Source: a virus
Lineage: Duplodnaviria; Heunggongvirae; Uroviricota; Caudoviricetes
Virus record (IMG/VR): IMGVR_UViG_3300042401_002002
DNA length: 64,000 bases
Reading direction: 5' to 3' (one strand)
A program made the translations under genes and the position numbers. Under the pieces are notes generated by a model. The model worked only from the letters and a program-made list of their open reading frames with translations. It did not search any database and was not told where the DNA came from. Every line of letters starts with the position of its first letter. The first letter of the stretch is position 1. Shown piece after piece: positions 26,236 through 36,582 of this stretch.

Positions 26236-27632
26236 AATTTATACAGTTAATTTCATAAAAGGTTTGAATCTGTTGATACATACTTCAACTCGAATATATC
26301 CCTTACTTTTATTGGGTTGAACAATAACCCACTATCAATTATCTTACTAACGTAAGAATCAAAGACTACTTTTCTCATGATGTTAACCGCTCCGTTAACA
26401 TCTGCGTTTATTAAACCCTTAGCTGATTGAAATAACCCTCGTTGAACTCTTTTATTAACTTTAAAGAACCCGTTTGGTATCGCTTCACCATACTTATACA
26501 ATTTCTCTAATATTAGAGAATCTGTTTTTGAGGTATAACTTTCTTCCGTTTCAGTTACTTTTATACCTACCATTTCACACTTATATTTAATCTTATTTAA
26601 CAGATTTAAATAAGATATGTAACAGAATTTTTGGTTATTAATTCTACCAATATCAATGGAGTCCTTCCATTGTTTGTTGTAACCAACTATTAAATTACCT
26701 ATCTTATTATCTACTAAATAATCTACAATGTATCTACTTATTTTATGATATAAATCATTCAATGTGTTCTCTCTGTCTACATATAAATTCTTAATTTGTT
26801 CAGTTAAACCCTTAGTACCTTGTCTAACTTTAATTGAAGTTAATCTAGCTAGTTCTTTGTTAAAGAACTGATTGTAACTTTTAATTTGATTACCGCTAAG
26901 TAAAACAGGATTTGTAAATGAACTAACCAAGGTCACTAAGTTATTAACACCTAAGTCAATTGAAGCGTGTTCATCGTAGTTAACATCTTTGTTTTCAATA
27001 TGTTTTTCATAAATAATTTCAACTTTGATGTAATTTTTTTTAGATATCAACCTAACTTGATTAAAGTTTTTAATTAATTCTTTGTATTTATCAAACTGTG
27101 GTATATATATTTTTAATGTTTTAGACAAGTGAATATAACCGTCATCTTTAATAATACAAGCTTGGTTTGTATAAATCAAGTTAGATAAACAATTTTTACC
27201 TTTGAAGTTAGGTAATTTAGGTTTACCTTTATACTTAGTTGGGTTATTTGACCAATCTTTAACGGCAGCAATGTAAGATTTAACATCTTGTTCAAGAACC
27301 TTTAGTGTCTGTTGAGCAACTTGAGCTTTAAGTAATTTATAATTAACAGCACCTTCAAGATTAGTTTTACATTTCATTAACACATCTAAGTCTTTATAAA
27401 ACAAAAACTTACCTTCGTTATTAAGGTTTGTTTTAACTTCATAAAGAGCTTGGTTATAAAGGTTGTTAGCAACTTTACAAAGCTCAGTTAGATGAGTGGA
27501 TGTGTTAATGTCAAATGTGTAAACTAATTGCATTGATTATGTTATTAAATGTTATTTATTATAAATAGTAAAAATTATTAAAATAATTTGATATTATAGA
27601 ATAAATTCTATAATTTTAGATACCATATAAAT
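26219..27632 (-). mobile_element. TnpB-only (IS1341-like) element
   Basis: tnpB without tnpA; 11-bp direct repeat ACCATATAAAT at 26219-26229 and 27622-27632; perfect hairpin ATTATAGAAT-AA-ATTCTATAAT at 27593-27614. Confidence 0.65.
26253..27533 (-). CDS. tnpB: RNA-guided endonuclease TnpB
   Basis: N-terminal LYNQAL; RuvC-I SIDLGVNNL, TEESYTSK, RuvC-III INADVNGAVNI. Confidence 0.92.
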   Translation of the reverse strand: MQLVYTFDINTSTHLTELCKVANNLYNQALYEVKTNLNNEGKFLFYKDLDVLMKCKTNLEGAVNYKLLKAQVAQQTLKVLEQDVKSYIAAVKDWSNNPTKYKGKPKLPNFKGKNCLSNLIYTNQACIIKDDGYIHLSKTLKIYIPQFDKYKELIKNFNQVRLISKKNYIKVEIIYEKHIENKDVNYDEHASIDLGVNNLVTLVSSFTNPVLLSGNQIKSYNQFFNKELARLTSIKVRQGTKGLTEQIKNLYVDRENTLNDLYHKISRYIVDYLVDNKIGNLIVGYNKQWKDSIDIGRINNQKFCYISYLNLLNKIKYKCEMVGIKVTETEESYTSKTDSLILEKLYKYGEAIPNGFFKVNKRVQRGLFQSAKGLINADVNGAVNIMRKVVFDSYVSKIIDSGLLFNPIKVRDIFELKYVSTDSNLL

Positions 27633-27745
27633 TGGTTCAAACATATTACAGTAGAACTTGTGATAATTTATCATTATCGAATTTAAGAACAAAGTTTAAG
27701 TCTGTATATGATATTGTTGAAACTAAACCTATTTTATAAAAACAA

Positions 27746-27778
27746 AAAAACCTCTCCTAGTAATTAAGAGAGGTTTTT
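27746..27778. terminator. Bidirectional intrinsic terminator
   Basis: AAAAACCTCTC...GAGAGGTTTTT. Confidence 0.75.
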
Positions 27779-27798
27779 CTTTTTAAAAATACTTTATA

Positions 27799-29862
27799 TT
27801 AAAAATCTAAACTTAATTCAATCAATTTAGTTTGGTTATTTTTCTTTTCTAATGGTGTGCTTAATTTACCAACAGCAACTAACACATTATTATCATCATA
27901 AATACCTATACTTGAAATTAAAACACTATTTTCTGTTTCATCAAACGTTGGGTTTTGACTTGTATTAAAATTATTGTAAGGTAATGTTATTAAAAATTTA
28001 GTTTTAAACACTGTTGCACTAATATCTGTATTTACATTACCATAAAAGAATGATTCATCACCAAAATTAAGTGTTGTTGTATCTGAAGCTAATGGTATGT
28101 TAATATAGTTATTTAAATTGTATGTGGTACCACCTGTAATTATATTATTATCTATAACATAATTAATGTTTTGGAAAGCTGTTGATGGTATTGTACCACC
28201 TGACCAAGTACTGTAACCATTTAATCTTGATGTATAATCAAATTCTTTCCATGCTTCTGGTGAAGGTCTATCGTTAGGATTATTAACTAACTGATAAATT
28301 ATTTTAAATGTTCTAAACGTAAATCCGGTACCTGATGCAAAACCTGTGTTATTACTTAAATACTGTAATTCACTATCAGAAATATTAAATCTACAAACTT
28401 GGTTGTTTGTTAACGCATTGTTAGATGTTTCACCACTGAATACAGTGTAAATTTGGTTATGTAAACCACCTTTATAACCATAACTTAAATTAAAACTATA
28501 TGCTGTTGTATTATCAAATAAATACGTAACGTAAAGTCTTTGGTTTGTTGTTGTAAAGATATTTGGATTAGTTACCGTTCCTAAAGTATTACCAATATTA
28601 CTTATTTCCGGTAAAGTAAAATTTCTATCACTTTTGTAACTAAGAGCAGTTAATAATTCTTCGTTTTCAACGATAGCAAGTTTCAAGTTAGGAAACACCT
28701 TTCCAATAACTGTATTGTAACTGTCATCAGCTATCAAATCGTAGTACGGTGTGTTTAAACCAGACAATATCTTGGTTGTAGTAGTGTTTAAACATTTTAA
28801 TTTAACACCTACTTTGTTTGATGTTTTGGACCAAATTACTGTTGGTATATCTAAAACAGTAGAACCACTATAAAATTGTTCACCATAAAAGTTTGAAACA
28901 CTATTATTAGTAAAATGAACAATACCTAATGATTTTTGTGAATCACCTAATGTATTAATGTATTCTTTGAAACCAGCATAGTTTTTTGTGTTAAATTCAC
29001 CATAAGGTTTGAATGTTGAATCTTTACCTGCTAATTCTTCTGTGTAAACTATACTTAAATTCCAAACAGGAACATCATCATTACCTACATTGAATGAATT
29101 ATCAAATGATAACGTATCACTATTCCAATAATCACTAATTACACTTGAACCATAGTATGAATTTATTGAATCACCACCTGGATATATAATTGCTTGCGCA
29201 ACCGTTGAACCTGTAAAACTATTAAAATTTGGTGTGTTTCTATCTACTGTAACTGATAATGTATTTCCAGATAACGTACCTGTTTTAGCTTGTATTTTAT
29301 AAAATAAATGAGGTAATAATTTGTTTTGGTCAATAACACCATTTGTTGTGGTTCCTGTTGTTGATGGATTAACCCATTGAACCATTATTAGGTCATTAAC
29401 AGCAGGTTCTGTTGATAATGTGAATCCAGAACCTTGTCTAATATGAATAGTATTAGACCCTGAAGAACCAGATAAAGGTACGATAATATTTGCTTGTCTA
29501 ACATAAGTTGTTGATGTTAGACCCGTGAAACCTGATGTCGTTGAGCCAGTAAAGAAGCCTCTTGTTTTGGCTGTATTTTTGACTGAAATTTCGGTTGGAA
29601 TGACAGTTGGTAGTGGACTTAAATTTGATGTTGATGAGTCGGTTGGTTTTATGAAATATTTTAAGTCAGGGTTTTTATCTTTTGGTCTCAAAACACTTAA
29701 TATTGAACCTGTTTGATTTGTATTATTTAAAAATTGGTAATCTACCTCGTCATCGGAAATACCCCATTGAGAAAAACGCAGTAGACCGCTTGCTAATAAT
29801 TTTCTTCCGTATGTTGATAATTTTGTTTGGATAGCTAAGGAATCCTTTAAAATGAAGCTCAT
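27799..29862 (-). CDS. Virion structural protein with split tail-collar-fibre-like motifs
   Basis: N-terminal LSTYGRKLLASG...ISDDEVDY and C-terminal ISSIGIYDDNNVLVAVGKLSTPLEK; Ser/Thr/Gly rich. Confidence 0.7.
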   Translation of the reverse strand: MSFILKDSLAIQTKLSTYGRKLLASGLLRFSQWGISDDEVDYQFLNNTNQTGSILSVLRPKDKNPDLKYFIKPTDSSTSNLSPLPTVIPTEISVKNTAKTRGFFTGSTTSGFTGLTSTTYVRQANIIVPLSGSSGSNTIHIRQGSGFTLSTEPAVNDLIMVQWVNPSTTGTTTNGVIDQNKLLPHLFYKIQAKTGTLSGNTLSVTVDRNTPNFNSFTGSTVAQAIIYPGGDSINSYYGSSVISDYWNSDTLSFDNSFNVGNDDVPVWNLSIVYTEELAGKDSTFKPYGEFNTKNYAGFKEYINTLGDSQKSLGIVHFTNNSVSNFYGEQFYSGSTVLDIPTVIWSKTSNKVGVKLKCLNTTTTKILSGLNTPYYDLIADDSYNTVIGKVFPNLKLAIVENEELLTALSYKSDRNFTLPEISNIGNTLGTVTNPNIFTTTNQRLYVTYLFDNTTAYSFNLSYGYKGGLHNQIYTVFSGETSNNALTNNQVCRFNISDSELQYLSNNTGFASGTGFTFRTFKIIYQLVNNPNDRPSPEAWKEFDYTSRLNGYSTWSGGTIPSTAFQNINYVIDNNIITGGTTYNLNNYINIPLASDTTTLNFGDESFFYGNVNTDISATVFKTKFLITLPYNNFNTSQNPTFDETENSVLISSIGIYDDNNVLVAVGKLSTPLEKKNNQTKLIELSLDF

Positions 29863-29918
29863 GTTTAGTTGTTTTGTTTATTTTTAAATAGAGTTAAGAA
29901 AATTATTTTTATAATATC

Positions 29919-29945
29919 TTGTAACCTTTTATTTTGTTTTACGTT
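29919..29945 (+). promoter_or_regulatory. ECF-sigma-like promoter
   Basis: TTGTAACCTTTTATTTTGTTTTACGTT. Confidence 0.65.
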
Positions 29946-29994
29946 AGAATATAAAAACTAATAATGGTGTTGGTTTTAAAAGTTAAAAGTACTT

Positions 29995-30273
29995 ATGGAA
30001 AATGTAAATGAAGAAAAAATTGTTTTGTTATTTTGTAGAGAAAATTTGACCGAAATTAATAAAACTAAATTAATTGGTGAAATTGATATAAATTGTTTTG
30101 AAGGTTATTTGAAACCCATTAAACAAGCTGGTGTTTTAATTTTTGTTGAAAATGATGGTTCTAGTAAATGTTTTAGGAATCGTTATGGTAGTAGTTTTGA
30201 TTTTAAATTTGAAGATTTAACTGATGATTATAGAGTAGTTAAATATCATGAAAAATTAGAGCGTTTGTTTTAA
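29995..30273 (+). CDS. Hypothetical protein
   Basis: ORF track, 92 aa. Confidence 0.65.
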   Translation: MENVNEEKIVLLFCRENLTEINKTKLIGEIDINCFEGYLKPIKQAGVLIFVENDGSSKCFRNRYGSSFDFKFEDLTDDYRVVKYHEKLERLF

Positions 30274-30282
30274 TTTAAAAAT

Positions 30283-30313
30283 AAAACCTCTCTTAAATAT
30301 TAGGAGAGGTTTT
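30283..30313. terminator. Bidirectional intrinsic terminator
   Basis: AAAACCTCTC...GAGAGGTTTT; overlaps the stop of the GIY-YIG gene. Confidence 0.7.
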
Positions 30314-31435
30314 CGCATTTTTTCTAGGTTTGGGAATCATGTGTGATGTAATTTCTAGAAACCAACCTTTTTTCTTAGCAAAATTAACTAAACCACCATA
30401 TTCTTTTATAAAATCATGTTTGTATATAAATTGTAAAGCTATCTGATGACACTTCTCTTTATCATCCCAATAACCTGCTGGTCTACATTTGTATTCCATT
30501 CCTTCACAGATAAAATTCAACCAGCCATTTAATCTACTTTTTTCATAGGCATGTTGACTTTTCTCATTAAATTCCTTTCTCGATTTATACTTTTGAGCTT
30601 CGTTAAGGCAGTTCTCTTTAATATTCCAATAACCAACTGGTTTATTTGATTCTGTCATGTGACTTGTAATTTCTTCAAGAAAACCATCTATTTTTGATGC
30701 CGCTTGGTAAGCACCTGGATATTTTCTTTGGAATTCAGATTTACTTGAACAAGTACCTGCGTATTCAGCACATTTTTCTTTTGTCCATTTTATAGGTCCA
30801 TTTCCTAGTGATGAACTACCTAACCCAGTTTTTGCTTTATTTAAAATATTCCAACCATTTTTCAAATATTCTTGTATTGTACTATGTTCTAATATTTGAG
30901 CTTCTTCGTTAGGTATGGGTGTTTCGTTTAATATTTTAAACTCAAAATTAGCGTTTGTTTTTTCTATATGTTTATAAACAGGACTAGTGGTTTTATGGTA
31001 AGTTATATGTGTATTATACCTTACTTTAGTATTATAAGTGAGACCCACATATACATGGTTGTCTGAGAACTCAAAAATATATATAAATTTATTGAAATAA
31101 TTACCACACGGTTTCATGTGTTGGCAGATAGAATCTAAAAAAGAATCCTTTCTTGCTTTTTCATAAGCCGCTGGTGAGTTTATTTTAAACTCATTTCTAG
31201 ACGAAAAATTTTGTGCTTCATCAAAACAGGTTTTATAACACCAATAATTTTTTGGTTTTATTTCTTTTTTATTATCATAATTAGTTATCTGTTGCAACCA
31301 TCCATTTTTTCTAGATGCTTCATAGGCACTCCCGTTATTTTGTCTAAACTCTGAATTCGACTTATATTTTTGAGCTTCATTTTTACAATTATCGAAATTA
31401 TTCCAATAACCTTTAGGTACTGTATATTTTCCCAT
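30293..31435 (-). CDS. GIY-YIG endonuclease with five helical repeats (putative homing endonuclease)
   Basis: Central FIYIFEFSDNHVYVGLT...RYNTH; repeats W..E.C..EA.KY.S..EF......AY......GWL..I..HM on both sides. Confidence 0.8.
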   Translation of the reverse strand: MGKYTVPKGYWNNFDNCKNEAQKYKSNSEFRQNNGSAYEASRKNGWLQQITNYDNKKEIKPKNYWCYKTCFDEAQNFSSRNEFKINSPAAYEKARKDSFLDSICQHMKPCGNYFNKFIYIFEFSDNHVYVGLTYNTKVRYNTHITYHKTTSPVYKHIEKTNANFEFKILNETPIPNEEAQILEHSTIQEYLKNGWNILNKAKTGLGSSSLGNGPIKWTKEKCAEYAGTCSSKSEFQRKYPGAYQAASKIDGFLEEITSHMTESNKPVGYWNIKENCLNEAQKYKSRKEFNEKSQHAYEKSRLNGWLNFICEGMEYKCRPAGYWDDKEKCHQIALQFIYKHDFIKEYGGLVNFAKKKGWFLEITSHMIPKPRKNAKTSPNI

Positions 31436-31518
31436 ATAATATTTTACATTTTTTATTATTTTAAGTTTGATATTTTTAATTTACTAATTTTATTTCAATT
31501 TTCCAAATATTTATTTTA

Positions 31519-31896
31519 TTAATTTAAACTATCTTGAATGAAAATATATAGTGGCTCACGTATAGGGACTACTAAATTTTCACAAACATTATTTTTAAAG
31601 GTTATATTAAATTCACCTATGTAACTTCCTGTAGTATTAGTATCTTTCCCTGTCCATTCATACACAATATAGTACTCCATAATGTCACTAAACTCATCAA
31701 CCCCAACATGACGAACGACAATATCTGCGTTTCTAGATGCAATCTTGTACACGTTATTTGCTAAATTTTTCATTGAGAAAGTTACTTTAGCTGTTTTGAT
31801 TAACTTAGTTAAATCCTCGTAATTGGTTGAATCTGTGGTTTGAATCTTAACTTTTAAATGTGGTAAGGTACTATTCTTATTTATATAAAAATCCAT
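31519..31896 (-). CDS. BppU-like baseplate/virion protein
   Basis: FYINKNSTLP.L...AKVTFSM...YEW...DT...G.Y.GEF.I.F pattern. Confidence 0.6.
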   Translation of the reverse strand: MDFYINKNSTLPHLKVKIQTTDSTNYEDLTKLIKTAKVTFSMKNLANNVYKIASRNADIVVRHVGVDEFSDIMEYYIVYEWTGKDTNTTGSYIGEFNITFKNNVCENLVVPIREPLYIFIQDSLN

Positions 31897-31926
31897 TTTT
31901 TATCTATTTATTTATAAATAGTTCTA

Positions 31927-32787
31927 ATGAAACAACTTTTAACCGAATCAATAACAGCTAATCAGGCTATTGAATATATGAATAAACGACAAGTTGTTGC
32001 TATCACTTATGACGACTCAACGGACGGGATTTATTCTACGTTTTCAAGATACATCGAAATTTTTGGAATTGGTAAAACTTTAAAAGGAACAAACTGTTTA
32101 ATTGCATACCAACGCAACAATTATAGCAATAGTCTCTCCGGTGTAGTAAATGGTGAAAGAGGTAAAAAGTTTGTTAGACCAAATGACCGAATAATGTGGC
32201 GTATATTTTTATTAGATAAAATAACTTCGATTAAACCAACAAAAGATACGTTTAATACTTCAATGGAGTTTATTAGTAAAAACAGACCTAAATTGAATTT
32301 AATGTATAAAAACATGGGTTCTGTTGATAAAAAAATAATTCCGGATGGTGCGCCATTGCCACCTAAAACACCAATTGAGAATCCTGTTGATACTGAAGTT
32401 AATGCAGTTGACAAACCTGAAGACACTGCTAGTGCTGATAAAAATAATGAACCTATAAAACCAACATCTGGTTCAACAGAGACAACTAAAGAGGTCCCAT
32501 TTCCATTAACTGATGTTAGAAATTTTAAAACTATAGTTAATAAGTTTGTTAGAAATTACGCAACTAAAAAAAATAAAGCTGTTTATAAAAACGATGTAAC
32601 ACAAATTGATAACGATACATTGCAAGCTGAGGTTAGAATGAGTAAAGACACTGATTTCTTTGAATTGAAGAAAACACCTAGTGGTTATACATTAACTTCT
32701 ATAGATAATAAATTCGGATTTGAACCTTTAGAAGGTAAAACATTGAGTGATTTATTAACTAAATTTAACAGTAGACCTATACAGTAG
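31927..32787 (+). CDS. WYL-like domain protein
   Basis: VVAITY...RYIE...LIAYQ...WRIFLLDKI. Confidence 0.6.
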   Translation: MKQLLTESITANQAIEYMNKRQVVAITYDDSTDGIYSTFSRYIEIFGIGKTLKGTNCLIAYQRNNYSNSLSGVVNGERGKKFVRPNDRIMWRIFLLDKITSIKPTKDTFNTSMEFISKNRPKLNLMYKNMGSVDKKIIPDGAPLPPKTPIENPVDTEVNAVDKPEDTASADKNNEPIKPTSGSTETTKEVPFPLTDVRNFKTIVNKFVRNYATKKNKAVYKNDVTQIDNDTLQAEVRMSKDTDFFELKKTPSGYTLTSIDNKFGFEPLEGKTLSDLLTKFNSRPIQ

Positions 32788-32809
32788 ATAACTTTATAAT
32801 AACATGAAT

Positions 32810-32845
32810 AAAACCTCTTCTTAATTAATTTTAGGAAGAGGTTTT
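32810..32845. terminator. Bidirectional intrinsic terminator
   Basis: AAAACCTCTTC...GAAGAGGTTTT. Confidence 0.75.
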
Positions 32846-32851
32846 TTGTTA

Positions 32852-33097
32852 TTAACAAATTTCACTTAGGATAACTGACCCAGCATCATGTTCATCTAAT
32901 GTATATTTTTCTGGAAATGTTTTTACATCTAAAGGATTTACTTTTGACCATAAGTCTAAATATTCAGTATAATATTTATCTTTTATTGATAGTTTTTTAA
33001 GATGTTCTAGTAGGTATTTATGTGCTTCTATTTTGTTTTGAGCCGTAACAAAATATTCAGTACCGTAATCATTCGGGTTGAAGTGATATAATTTCAT
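32852..33097 (-). CDS. Hypothetical protein
   Basis: ORF track, 81 aa. Confidence 0.7.
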   Translation of the reverse strand: MKLYHFNPNDYGTEYFVTAQNKIEAHKYLLEHLKKLSIKDKYYTEYLDLWSKVNPLDVKTFPEKYTLDEHDAGSVILSEIC

Positions 33098-33148
33098 TAT
33101 TATTAATTTTTACAATAATACAATTTTTTTTCTATAAAAACAAATAAT

Positions 33149-34528
33149 TTAAACATTATTTTCACTAAACATAACCAATTTGCTTGTTGGTCTTGATACT
33201 GCTACATATAACGCTTGGTTTTTAGCTTTATTGTTTGATAAATTGGTGTATTCACTAATTATATTATCTTCAATAACATAAGTAATTGTATAAGTTGACC
33301 CTTGAGCTTTATGTGCTGTTGAGCAGTATCCGTATTGTAAATTTGCGAAGTTTTTAGATAATAACAAAGCAAGTTGTACATCAGTTTTGTATAATTTATC
33401 TAAATCAGCTTTGTATTTGCTTAAACTTTCTTCTGCGATAACAGGTATTCTTTTACTAAGAACCATTTTGTTTTCTGCTTCTAATGTTAAATAATTAACT
33501 TTGTATTCATAAGGAAACGTCCTTGAACCTTTAGCTTTTGAATAAGCAGAAACAACTGATTTAATTGTTTTACCTTCTAAAATATCTTTAATAAAAAACT
33601 CATCACTATTATAAAACGTTGGTTGTTTATCCTCTCCGAACATAAAACTATCGTAAGCAACTAATATTTCACCAACAACTAAATCTTTTACATTATCACC
33701 AAATAACCTTCTTCTGATTTCTTTATTTAAATTACCAACAGAGAATTTATTTTTATGGTTTTCATTGTTAAATGTAACCATTTTGACATAATTATTATCT
33801 CTGTTATTGTTTTTAAAATCAGCAACAAAACTATTGATTAAAACATCATAATCATTAATCCAATAAGTTGAACTTTTAGATAATTCATCTGTAATATTTA
33901 CTCTATGTTCTGGTTTTATTGGTCTATCCGATATATTAAGTGATTGTATATTTTCAGTTAATAACTCACCAATTTTAATAATAGGTGAACCAGCCATTTG
34001 TCTTACTTTTTCAGTTAAAGAAAATTTATTTTTTATTGAAAACACACAACTATCTTCTTCCTGTCCAATTGGGGGTAATTGAGATTTGTCACCAACATAA
34101 ATTATTTTTGTACCAGGATTAATCATTTTGTTGATTTCTTGGTAGATTAGGTCACTTACCATCGAAGTTTCATCTAAAATTATAAGTTGAAATTTCTTTA
34201 TAGAAACCTTTCCTGTTTTATGAGCAAATTCATCTATTTTAAATTCACCAGTATTTTCATTTAACTTAATAGCTAACGCTGAAGCTACAGTTCTTACATC
34301 ATCTACAGCAAAGCCTAATGTTTTAGCTAAAACTTTCTTGGCTTTATGACTAGGTGCGATTGCTGTTACCTTTTTATTATAATCTTTTAATATTTGTTTT
34401 AAAAGAAAGGTCTTACCCGTTCCAGCAGGACCTTCTAATAGAAATTCTTTATCTTTACTAGCTAAAAATTGTTTAATTAATCTTAAAGCTTCTGTTTGAC
34501 CTTGATTTAAAACTATTTTATGAGACAT
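33149..34528 (-). CDS. dda: Dda/RecD-like SF1B DNA helicase
   Basis: GPAGTGKT, APSHKA, ILDETSM, GDKSQLPP, TAHKAQGSTY, YVAVSRP. Confidence 0.9.
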   Translation of the reverse strand: MSHKIVLNQGQTEALRLIKQFLASKDKEFLLEGPAGTGKTFLLKQILKDYNKKVTAIAPSHKAKKVLAKTLGFAVDDVRTVASALAIKLNENTGEFKIDEFAHKTGKVSIKKFQLIILDETSMVSDLIYQEINKMINPGTKIIYVGDKSQLPPIGQEEDSCVFSIKNKFSLTEKVRQMAGSPIIKIGELLTENIQSLNISDRPIKPEHRVNITDELSKSSTYWINDYDVLINSFVADFKNNNRDNNYVKMVTFNNENHKNKFSVGNLNKEIRRRLFGDNVKDLVVGEILVAYDSFMFGEDKQPTFYNSDEFFIKDILEGKTIKSVVSAYSKAKGSRTFPYEYKVNYLTLEAENKMVLSKRIPVIAEESLSKYKADLDKLYKTDVQLALLLSKNFANLQYGYCSTAHKAQGSTYTITYVIEDNIISEYTNLSNNKAKNQALYVAVSRPTSKLVMFSENNV

Positions 34529-34684
34529 TATTATTTATTTAAACTGTAATTATTCTACAAACTTAATAAAAAATATTTAAAAATACTATTTAAACTAAAA
34601 TAAATAATAAATTATTTGTTTTTTTGGTTATTTTTATTTATTTTTACAACATCAAACTAACAAAATAAGAAAATATTATGTCCT

Positions 34685-34894
34685 TTGGCAGCTATTATAA
34701 CAAACACATCACACAAAGTTTTTAATCCACCAGTACCGTTAACAATTCACTTTAAAGATAGTGATGGGGTTACAGTTCAACATATTTTAGAGCATGGAAA
34801 AAGTATAACAATGTTATTTATACCAACATCTGTAATGCAAATGCATATTAGAAATTTAGTTGAGATAGAAAAAATTGATAATTCTAGGATTTAG
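34685..34894 (+). CDS. Hypothetical protein
   Basis: ORF track, 69 aa; start uncertain. Confidence 0.5.
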   Translation: MAAIITNTSHKVFNPPVPLTIHFKDSDGVTVQHILEHGKSITMLFIPTSVMQMHIRNLVEIEKIDNSRI

Positions 34895-34896
34895 AT

Positions 34897-35175
34897 ATGG
34901 AAAATAACAAAATTTGGAATTTCGCTTCTGAAGAAGAAATAGAAATTTATAACAACATAAGAAATAATCAATTTTTAACAGATTTACAAATTAAAAGAAT
35001 AAAACATTTTGTTTATTATCTTCAAAAGCATGTTGATTTTACTAAAATTGATGAAAAAATAATTTCAGATTATATTTTAGGTAGTGAATTTCAGTTTCCG
35101 ATTGATAATGAACTTGCTTTGTTGATTATTGATGATGAAAATTTAAAAAGGTTTAAAACTAACCGAAACAACTGA
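34897..35175 (+). CDS. Hypothetical protein
   Basis: ORF track, 92 aa. Confidence 0.6.
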   Translation: MENNKIWNFASEEEIEIYNNIRNNQFLTDLQIKRIKHFVYYLQKHVDFTKIDEKIISDYILGSEFQFPIDNELALLIIDDENLKRFKTNRNN

Positions 35176-35260
35176 TAAATTTAGGTTCTTTATTAAGTTG
35201 TTACTTAAAAATTAATTATTAAAGATAAACTTAATTCGGTTAAATTTAACGCTAACATAG

Positions 35261-35641
35261 TTAGTTTTCTTCTTCAAAAACAATTTGTTTTTCGTACAGT
35301 AATTCTTCAATATCTTCAAGTTTGTCACCGAATTTGAAGATTATTTTTTTATGTGTTACTGCACCTAAATTTTCCCAGGCTAAAGCTATGATACCATCAG
35401 CACCATCAGTATAAGTAAAAAATTCATTATCAGTTAATAATGTAAAATCTCTTGTGGTGGTCATTGTGTATGTTGATGAAATATAATCTTCATAAGGTGG
35501 TTCAGATACATTACTTGCAGGTAATTCCCATTCTGGTCCGATTACATCATCAATATCTTCTGTAAAGTATAATCTATATGTTTTTTCACCTCTTGGTGAG
35601 TGTTTGTCTATTTTTTCTAAGTAACAAAGTTGTTGTGACAT
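35261..35641 (-). CDS. Hypothetical acidic protein
   Basis: ORF track, 126 aa. Confidence 0.7.
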   Translation of the reverse strand: MSQQLCYLEKIDKHSPRGEKTYRLYFTEDIDDVIGPEWELPASNVSEPPYEDYISSTYTMTTTRDFTLLTDNEFFTYTDGADGIIALAWENLGAVTHKKIIFKFGDKLEDIEELLYEKQIVFEEEN

Positions 35642-35642
35642 G

Positions 35643-36572
35643 TTATTTTGTTTTTAATCCAATTAAAAAGTTTTTTATTTTAGTAAAAATATTTTGTTTG
35701 TTAATTCTATTTGTATCAGTATTAGGTTTTTGAATTGCACTTGTGTTAGTTGTAGTTTTAACTAAAATCAACTCATTTAGTTTTAAAATTTTATTAAGAA
35801 AAATATCAGCTCTACGTTTTAAGTATTTATCAATTTTATTAGGTAAATATTCTTCACTTGTTTTAAAAGAAGTACATAGCTCTTTGATATAATATTGACC
35901 TACTTGCGTGTCGCCCATTTGATTTAAATTTACATCAATAAACTCAATATAATCAGGATGTAATATTTTATTTATGATTTTTATAAATGGAAGTGTACTT
36001 AATTTAGTATCATAATCATTAGGTGTTATTTGGTATATTGTAAGTAATTCTTTATAAATCTCATGTATTTCAGCATTAGTTTCCATTTTATCTAAAAAAT
36101 AAAGATTTTTAACAAAATTATCACCACCAATATTTTGCATGTAATTTGTTACGGTATTATATAGTTGTTGTTTATTATTACTTCTATTTTTACGGTCTTT
36201 AATTGCTTTGATTGTTATTTCAAATAAATGTGTAATTTCGTGGTATATTGTACTAATTTGTAAATTATTTTCAGGTATAGTTAAAGTAAATTCGTGTGGT
36301 TTTAAGCTATTTGTTTGAATGGATGCTTCGGATTTTTCTTCCTTGTTTTTATGTTTTATAATTATTTTGTCAAATTTAAAAATTATATCACCAGGTAGGT
36401 TTAAATAAAATTCTTGTTTTAATGTACCATTTGATAGTGGCACATTACCATTTTGAATAACACATTGCCCGTTATTAAAAACCAAGTTTTTATTTGAAAG
36501 TATTTTATATAGTTCTTCTGAAAACCTTACAACTTCTGAGTTTACTCCTCTTTTTTCGTTAATTAAAGACAT
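35643..36572 (-). CDS. Hypothetical protein with HExxH zinc-binding motif
   Basis: TIYHEITH followed by a downstream E (METNA). Confidence 0.65.
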   Translation of the reverse strand: MSLINEKRGVNSEVVRFSEELYKILSNKNLVFNNGQCVIQNGNVPLSNGTLKQEFYLNLPGDIIFKFDKIIIKHKNKEEKSEASIQTNSLKPHEFTLTIPENNLQISTIYHEITHLFEITIKAIKDRKNRSNNKQQLYNTVTNYMQNIGGDNFVKNLYFLDKMETNAEIHEIYKELLTIYQITPNDYDTKLSTLPFIKIINKILHPDYIEFIDVNLNQMGDTQVGQYYIKELCTSFKTSEEYLPNKIDKYLKRRADIFLNKILKLNELILVKTTTNTSAIQKPNTDTNRINKQNIFTKIKNFLIGLKTK

Positions 36573-36582
36573 AATATTTGTT

